Below are positions 33,290 through 38,812 of a DNA stretch of 38,812 nt, piece by piece (the first letter of the stretch is position 1; every line of letters starts with the position of its first letter). The notes beneath the pieces are model-generated. The model saw only the letters and a list, made by a program, of their open reading frames with translations, was not told the DNA's origin and did no database searches. Source of the DNA: a virus; the IMG/VR virus record IMGVR_UViG_3300019926_000031, positions 1 to 38,812 of that record. The stretch is one strand, 5' to 3'. The position numbers and the translations under genes are program-made.

Positions 33290-35202
33290 CAGATATCACT
33301 GTTGAACTAAGCAAAAACAACAAGTCAGCCACGCTTGACGCTGATAAAGAAATAATTAGCATTGACTCAGTTGACTTGGAACACACTGCTGTCTCAGGCT
33401 ATGATATCACGGTTATCCCAAAGGACAGTTATCGAGACTATCAGCTCGGAACGGCCACAATCAACATAAACGGGAGTCCTGTCATATCTGGCGAAATCCA
33501 AGATATCTCGAAAAGTAACGACAGTATCAGAATCCGTGGGGCAGGGCCGGCAGAACAACTCCGGTCCGATAACACGGTCAAAACCTATTCCGATATCCCG
33601 CACTATCTGGCTATTAGAGACTATGTTGACACGACAAATGCGGACAGTTGGACGGTTACAGAGCCGTTTGTCCGTGATATCCAGACTGATAGCCTCTTTA
33701 CTGACGCGCCGGATTTGGATGGATTTGACGACGTTATTTCCCAACCTGCTGATGATGTGCCACTAATCATAAACGACTTTAACGACATTCGGCCAGCGCA
33801 GGTTTGCTTCTTTACCGAAGCTGAAAACGCGGCTCGGCAGTTTGGGACTGTCGTTGATGTGACTACTGTCGGCGAAGATATGAGTAACTTTGAGGGCCTA
33901 GAATTATCAAGCCTTAACGATGCTGTTGGGGTTGACTTTACAACCGACTACCGTATCCCAGCGGACGACTTTGATGTATTCCACAGGGTTAAGTTAGATG
34001 GCTTTGACGGGGAGTTAACGATATCCGTTGACGGGACTACGGAACGGTCAATACAGTTTGCCGGTGGATCATCATCTTTTGACTGGGCGAATAATATCGG
34101 TTCAGCATCGGCAGATTTGACCGCTGGAAGCCACGAAACAGAGATTAGGATTACGAACTATAACAGCGGGAGTGTCATTGTTGATTGTGTGGCTCCGCAT
34201 GACACAGGAGATAGATTTGGAGGGTACAATCTAACCTTTGACGACACTGTTGATACAAATTTTTACACCCTTGGCGGACCTGAACTCTATCCAGAATCCG
34301 TGGAAGCCATAGCTCAAGTGGACTCAATTTATCACGTCAATAAGATAGACACACAACTCACAATCAATGACACATCCAATCAACAATCCATTGACCACTC
34401 CGTTGATGGGGGTACTGATTATGTGACAAATAATAACACAGCGTCAGCAACAACTGACTTTGACGCAATCAACGAGTTTGGGTCAAGCGCGCAGGTCAGA
34501 CTAGTCCTAAGTCGGTTCGCGAGCGATACCACAACGACTCCAACGAACGGCGATAGCGAACAGATAATCAGTGACTTAGAAGTTAGACTGTCCACAGACG
34601 ACCTCCCCATTATTGATGAGTTAACAACGGACAGAGATAACTGGTTGCTAAACCTCCAACAGTTGCATCAGGACGGACAGATGCGGTTTGTTGTTGACCA
34701 TAGAGATGTGGGGCTTGTTGTTGAGTCGTTTAGAACGGCTGACCCTGCTGTTGTGCAACCCGATGAGTGGGTCACAAGAGACTTGGACGCTGTTGAGTTC
34801 TCGCGTAACACGAGGGATTATTATAACGTCATAAACGGCTATCCAGCCGACCCAAACGCAGGCTTATCAGACATAACGATTGTTGACAGCAACGATATTA
34901 ATAGGGTTGGAATTAGAGAGGAAGAGTCCGTTGCAATCTCGGCACAGTCACTAGATGAGTTAATAGATATCGCCAAACAAGAGCTAAGAGAGGCTATCGC
35001 AAGCGATGAGTTCAGCGGCAGTATCAAGATATTTCCAGAGTATATTCGACCGGGCTATCCCTATGAGCCAGATGAGTTCGAGGATAACCTATCAAACGCC
35101 GAAAAGGTGACAATCAGCTATGCAAACCAGCAAGCACGGGGTCGGATTGACTTCGGTTCTCGAAAAGATTTGGTTGCATCGCTCCAACAACTAAAAGAAT
35201 GA
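33286..35202 (+). CDS. Tail tip/baseplate hub protein (638 aa)
   Basis: Follows TMP; beta-rich acidic central insert. Confidence 0.65.
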   Translation: MTDITVELSKNNKSATLDADKEIISIDSVDLEHTAVSGYDITVIPKDSYRDYQLGTATININGSPVISGEIQDISKSNDSIRIRGAGPAEQLRSDNTVKTYSDIPHYLAIRDYVDTTNADSWTVTEPFVRDIQTDSLFTDAPDLDGFDDVISQPADDVPLIINDFNDIRPAQVCFFTEAENAARQFGTVVDVTTVGEDMSNFEGLELSSLNDAVGVDFTTDYRIPADDFDVFHRVKLDGFDGELTISVDGTTERSIQFAGGSSSFDWANNIGSASADLTAGSHETEIRITNYNSGSVIVDCVAPHDTGDRFGGYNLTFDDTVDTNFYTLGGPELYPESVEAIAQVDSIYHVNKIDTQLTINDTSNQQSIDHSVDGGTDYVTNNNTASATTDFDAINEFGSSAQVRLVLSRFASDTTTTPTNGDSEQIISDLEVRLSTDDLPIIDELTTDRDNWLLNLQQLHQDGQMRFVVDHRDVGLVVESFRTADPAVVQPDEWVTRDLDAVEFSRNTRDYYNVINGYPADPNAGLSDITIVDSNDINRVGIREEESVAISAQSLDELIDIAKQELREAIASDEFSGSIKIFPEYIRPGYPYEPDEFEDNLSNAEKVTISYANQQARGRIDFGSRKDLVASLQQLKE

Positions 35203-35417
35203 ATGCATGGACAGATAACCCATTTTTATTGGAGGCTATCACCTATATGAGCCAATCCCGTGCAGAGATATACGCAGACTTAGCAGTTTGCACGGGGATT
35301 TTTGTTTTAGGCTGGGAGCATAGCACTCCGTCAATAGCCATTGCGGCAATGGCTTTTGTCCAATCAATCAAAGTTGCAGATATGATGCGGGCATATAGGA
35401 GTGCCAAAAATGAGTGA
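35199..35417 (+). CDS. Small membrane protein (72 aa)
   Basis: ATGA coupling; two hydrophobic stretches. Confidence 0.55.
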   Translation: MNAWTDNPFLLEAITYMSQSRAEIYADLAVCTGIFVLGWEHSTPSIAIAAMAFVQSIKVADMMRAYRSAKNE

Positions 35418-36036
35418 TAGAACAAAATATAGCGTAGAAACCCAGTCAAACGGCAACTTTGATGTAGAGTTCAACACGGCAGATTTGCATAGCCTCACAC
35501 GCGGAGATACAACAACCTTTGAGTTTTCGTTTCCGCACCCATCGGATGATTTGACAGTCGTTTCCGGAGAGACAAAGACGATCCCACAAGGACAAAGCAG
35601 ACTCTTTGATGAGATTGTGGTGGAATCGAATGCAGAGCTAATCATTGACGGGGAAGCTCAAGCCAACATTGTCACAAATGACGGGACAATAACAGTCAAC
35701 GGAGAGTTGCAAGTTGTTCCTGATGTGGTTGGAGTGTTGCGGCAGTTTGAGGATTATGCCGGTAGCTATGTTGAGCAAACGACTGTCAACGGCGTTGTCC
35801 GGTACCATGAGCAACTACCAGCACGGGCGGACGTGGACAGTCTTGTGATAAGTATCCGACCGTCACAGTTTCTGCGAGATAGAAACGTAACGGGTATCTG
35901 GTGTATCGTAGATAATGTAACCGACACACGGCCGTTAGCACTGTCAACATCGCGGTTTAGACTAGATGTGACAGTGTTAGCCGAGTTTGCACAGTTTGAC
36001 GACCATACCGACATTAACAACAACTTAGCACTATGA
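35410..36036 (+). CDS. Minor tail protein (putative)
   Basis: Tail module position; beta-rich. Confidence 0.6.
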   Translation: MSDRTKYSVETQSNGNFDVEFNTADLHSLTRGDTTTFEFSFPHPSDDLTVVSGETKTIPQGQSRLFDEIVVESNAELIIDGEAQANIVTNDGTITVNGELQVVPDVVGVLRQFEDYAGSYVEQTTVNGVVRYHEQLPARADVDSLVISIRPSQFLRDRNVTGIWCIVDNVTDTRPLALSTSRFRLDVTVLAEFAQFDDHTDINNNLAL

Positions 36037-36509
36037 CAATAAAACTTGACGAAGACAACATTACCGTCAGTCCAACGCAGATAGATGATACCGATAGTCC
36101 ATACCTGACAAATGGTGAACAGTACATCTATGTTGATACAACAGACGGCCCGGTCACAATCCAGTTAGCCTCAAGCGATACAGTCGATGGCGCTGAAATC
36201 AGGATTATAGACACCGGAGAGAGTGCAAGTGCCAACCCTATCACAATCCAGACTGAGGGAACAGAGAATATCAACCCCGGCAGTAATAGCAGTATCACGC
36301 TTACTGTTGATGGAACGTATGTTGATCTATTTAGCGACGGTAGTAATTGGTTTAGCGACAGAGCAGTTACATCGTTGTTTCATCAGCAACGATATCAGCC
36401 ATGTCCTTGGGCTTTGAGAGGGTTTGCACTTCTAAGACGACGTGGGCAGTATCTTCGCTGTCTTGCTTCTTGTGGACAACGCTATACGCCTCTAAGAGAC
36501 TGTCTATAG
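36033..36509 (+). CDS. Tail fibre/adhesin N-terminal domain, apparently truncated after about residue 111
   Basis: Acidic beta domain to about 36366, then an atypical Arg/Cys-rich tail antisense to the convergent gene. Confidence 0.55.
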   Translation: MTIKLDEDNITVSPTQIDDTDSPYLTNGEQYIYVDTTDGPVTIQLASSDTVDGAEIRIIDTGESASANPITIQTEGTENINPGSNSSITLTVDGTYVDLFSDGSNWFSDRAVTSLFHQQRYQPCPWALRGFALLRRRGQYLRCLASCGQRYTPLRDCL

Positions 36510-36621
36510 GATAGCCGTTATCAACCCAGTAATTAAACACATCAAGCCAGAATTGCTCTGGCCGGCCTTCTACATCGCCTTGTCCGAACTGTTCCAAGTC
36601 TAATTCGGCTGTATGTATCAT
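36367..36621 (-). CDS. Hypothetical protein (84 aa), last gene of the leftward operon
   Basis: Acidic; ATGA-coupled upstream. Confidence 0.7.
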   Translation of the reverse strand: MIHTAELDLEQFGQGDVEGRPEQFWLDVFNYWVDNGYPIDSLLEAYSVVHKKQDSEDTAHVVLEVQTLSKPKDMADIVADETTM

Positions 36622-36722
36622 TCTCGTTCCTCACACACTAACTCGTGTTGTCTGGCTATCTCTGTGCTCATAAACCGTTGCTCGCAATACTCGCACTCGG
36701 CTGTGGTTCTCTCGTAACTCAT
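36618..36722 (-). CDS. C2HC-type Zn-finger microprotein (34 aa, ...CEYCEQRF...QHELVC)
   Basis: Manual translation; ATGA coupling at both ends. Confidence 0.65.
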   Translation of the reverse strand: MSYERTTAECEYCEQRFMSTEIARQHELVCEERE

Positions 36723-37348
36723 AGTTCGTTTTTAAGCTCTTCAATCGCCGTTAGACCGATTCCAGTTGCCCATGCACACGCTCTTTTGAGTGCCCGTGTT
36801 TCAGCCAACTCGTTCAGTAGATGTGCATCATCCCCGTCTTGCCGGTCAACGTGCGCGCTCCCGAAGCCAGAGTATTCCTTACCATCTTCAGTGGTTGCGA
36901 TAGCACGGAACTCCGCATACTCAAAGCCAGATTCTGACGCTGTAGTGACCGGCTCCGCTGTCACAGAGACACCATACTTTGATGCAATCATGCAGTAGCC
37001 CTTCCGGTTGACGGTTGGGACACCCTGAATCTCATCAATAAAGTGGCCGGGAAGCCAATCCGTAGGGTTCTCATCAAGCGACGGTCCTTCATCTGGCACA
37101 TCAACTACATCGTCTGGTTGTGTGTTGGTCACTGTAGCCGCTTGCCCGCCGTCTGGAGTCGTTTCAACTACGTCCGTAGTGTTCGCATCGGATGCTTCTT
37201 CGGTCCCATTAGAGGCTTCGCTGTCCGGTGGGATGATTTCTAAGTCCCGGACACTACCGAACTCATCAACGGCTTGTTCGCACTCTTGTCGGCTATCTTT
37301 ATGCCACTCATCGCCTGTGTTAACGTCTCTTACAATCCAGTCGTTCAT
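36719..37348 (-). CDS. Putative single-strand annealing protein (Rad52/Sak-like)
   Basis: IQGVPTVNRKGY..., AEFRAIAT..DG..YSGFGSA, ELAETRALKRA...GIG...EEL. Confidence 0.6.
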   Translation of the reverse strand: MNDWIVRDVNTGDEWHKDSRQECEQAVDEFGSVRDLEIIPPDSEASNGTEEASDANTTDVVETTPDGGQAATVTNTQPDDVVDVPDEGPSLDENPTDWLPGHFIDEIQGVPTVNRKGYCMIASKYGVSVTAEPVTTASESGFEYAEFRAIATTEDGKEYSGFGSAHVDRQDGDDAHLLNELAETRALKRACAWATGIGLTAIEELKNEL

Positions 37349-37587
37349 GCGTTCCTCCGCTGTTCTGCGTGGTCACGTTCGTCAACCCAGCCGTTTCGGA
37401 TTGGATAGATCGCCGCTTGGTTCAGACAGGACTTGCAGCTTGCGAACGTCACTGTCTTGCCGCCACCGCTGGCTTCAACGACGAATCCAGCAGGCGACCC
37501 ACACTGATAGTGGCACTTCCCGCCGCCAGTGTAGTACTTCACGTTGCGGATCTTCTCTATCTCACCGCCGAAAGTCGGGTCACTCAT
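37345..37587 (-). CDS. Zn-binding hypothetical protein (80 aa)
   Basis: GGTGGTGG SD before MSDPTF; CHYQC...CKSC. Confidence 0.65.
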   Translation of the reverse strand: MSDPTFGGEIEKIRNVKYYTGGGKCHYQCGSPAGFVVEASGGGKTVTFASCKSCLNQAAIYPIRNGWVDERDHAEQRRNA

Positions 37588-38209
37588 TTCCACCACCATC
37601 CGCGAGATCGTCCGAGTCTTCGCCGTTGCCGGACTCGCTTCTCCATTTGGCCCAGTGGTCAGGATACGGTCGCTCGTTCGCCATCACATCCTTTACCGGC
37701 GCTGGCACGTCGTCGATGTGCGTCGGTCGTGGGTAGTGGTCCTCAAGCTTGGACTGGATACGGTTCGGAGAGCCGTTGCGACGACCGACGACCTTGTAGT
37801 CTTGGTAGTGCGGCAACGTGCTGACGCATTTGAAGTACTGGCTGTCGAGCGGACTGCCGGCCCAGTAGAGCCACAGGTAGCCCGTTGCGTCGTCGGAGAT
37901 GCGAAGGACGATGTCTCCCTCACTCATCTCCAACGGTGCGATGAACTCGTGCAGACTGGGCGACCAGTACGTGTTCTGGATGTAGTTCGCAAGACGCTGG
38001 CAGGCATCGCTGGGCACCTCCCGCAGGCGGTCGCGGGCACGGCGCTCGAATTGATTCAGGACCGGGCCGCCGTCGCAGTCCCATCGCGGGCACTCGTCGC
38101 CGCCGAACGTGGATTGCGTCCGGGGAACGTCTCGACCACACGTCTCACACGACCGCCTTCGAGCAAGTGAATCGCAGACAGTACCTTCGCTTTTTGATGT
38201 CCGGCTCAT
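37580..38209 (-). CDS. Hypothetical protein with an N-terminal Zn ribbon (209 aa)
   Basis: CETC...CPRWDC; coupled. Confidence 0.7.
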   Translation of the reverse strand: MSRTSKSEGTVCDSLARRRSCETCGRDVPRTQSTFGGDECPRWDCDGGPVLNQFERRARDRLREVPSDACQRLANYIQNTYWSPSLHEFIAPLEMSEGDIVLRISDDATGYLWLYWAGSPLDSQYFKCVSTLPHYQDYKVVGRRNGSPNRIQSKLEDHYPRPTHIDDVPAPVKDVMANERPYPDHWAKWRSESGNGEDSDDLADGGGNE

Positions 38210-38454
38210 TGCTCCCCACCGTCCACAGAGTCGGCCGGTTCGGTTCCAGTTCCGGCAGGCTTCTCAATGTCGAACATCGTGGTCCGACAGTCGGTAGAAA
38301 CGCACTCAAACCAGTTCCAGACGTAAGTGCTGCTGGTCGGGACGCCCGCCTTACCACAGCCGGGACAGGCCGGGTTTGCGTGGTCGACGCTGGCCGCCCA
38401 CTGTCGCGTTTCGTCGTCTGCGAACGCTTCTCGTAGGTCTTGATTGGAGCTCAT
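38206..38454 (-). CDS. Zn-ribbon hypothetical protein (82 aa)
   Basis: GGAGGTG SD; CPGCG...CVSTDC. Confidence 0.65.
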   Translation of the reverse strand: MSSNQDLREAFADDETRQWAASVDHANPACPGCGKAGVPTSSTYVWNWFECVSTDCRTTMFDIEKPAGTGTEPADSVDGGEQ

Positions 38455-38612
38455 CAGTAGCGCGGCACCTCCGTGATAGCGCCACAGACTCCACACTCCC
38501 ACCGCTCGACGATGCCCTCGTTGTGTTGGTCGCTCACTGCGTGCTGTCCGTCTTTACTCCAGTCGTCGTGCGTTTTGCCGCACTCGTGACATTCGGTAGC
38601 TGTCTCTGGCAT
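38454..38612 (-). CDS. Zn-finger microprotein (52 aa, ...CHECGK...WECGVCG...)
   Basis: Manual translation; TAATG and TGATG coupling. Confidence 0.65.
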   Translation of the reverse strand: MPETATECHECGKTHDDWSKDGQHAVSDQHNEGIVERWECGVCGAITEVPRY

Positions 38613-38812
38613 TAGTTGTCCTCCACATTTTCGTCCGCTCCGGGCTCGGAACCGGCAGCGGGTTTAGCTACCACAGATGCATATACGTCAAACTCCGACA
38701 TTGAACCCATGCCGGCTTGGTCTACCACTGTGAAGTGGTACGATTCCTTCAGTTGGTCGAATTGCTGTTCGGTAAACGCTCCGCTGAACGAACGGGCTTT
38801 GATTTCATCCAT
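38612..38812 (-). CDS. Hypothetical protein (66 aa) spanning the terminal overlap
   Basis: Its start is duplicated at 1-99, directly downstream of 102..512(-). Confidence 0.7.
   Translation of the reverse strand: MDEIKARSFSGAFTEQQFDQLKESYHFTVVDQAGMGSMSEFDVYASVVAKPAAGSEPGADENVEDN
38714..38812. repeat. Direct terminal repeat copy (99 bp)
   Basis: Identical to 1-99. Confidence 0.95.

Noticed and set aside
37544-38170. 208-aa plus-strand ORF (and 37122..37736)
   Set aside because: Antisense to the coupled leftward operon; expected in high-GC sequence
1-38812. CRISPR array or mini-array
   Set aside because: No regularly spaced ~30-bp repeats found; the repeats seen are pairs or triplet arrays

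Overview
The window is an apparently complete, circular genome of a tailed haloarchaeal virus (Caudoviricetes, siphovirus-like). Bases 1-99 are identical to 38714-38812, giving a unit length of about 38,713 bp, and a minus-strand operon runs seamlessly across the junction. The proteome is acidic, many genes look leaderless or are ATGA/TAATG-coupled, and size and gene set tentatively resemble small HFTV1/HRTV-4-like haloviruses (not tested). Layout: (i) a leftward early operon of small genes, including a Rad52-like annealing protein; (ii) a rightward early/replication region with HNH nucleases, an RHH regulator, an MCM helicase gene carrying two internal deletions, and three minimal DNA methyltransferases, interrupted by an inverted RNA ligase + Zn-finger cassette; (iii) many tiny Cys-rich genes; (iv) TerS, an inverted six-gene cassette, TerL, portal, MuF, a modular prohead protease, cement protein, HK97-fold capsid and adaptors; (v) a tail module with a G-GGA-AAC -1 frameshift, tape measure and a truncated-looking last tail gene. 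Most notable: a tRNA-Leu(UAA) embedded in a densely base-paired ~300-nt non-coding region, the gutted MCM, an RNA ligase operon ending in a 3-way-junction RNA, and short boundary repeats flanking single genes. No integrase, DNA polymerase, CRISPR array or recognisable lysin was seen. All family assignments come from motif recognition by eye; no database searches were run.
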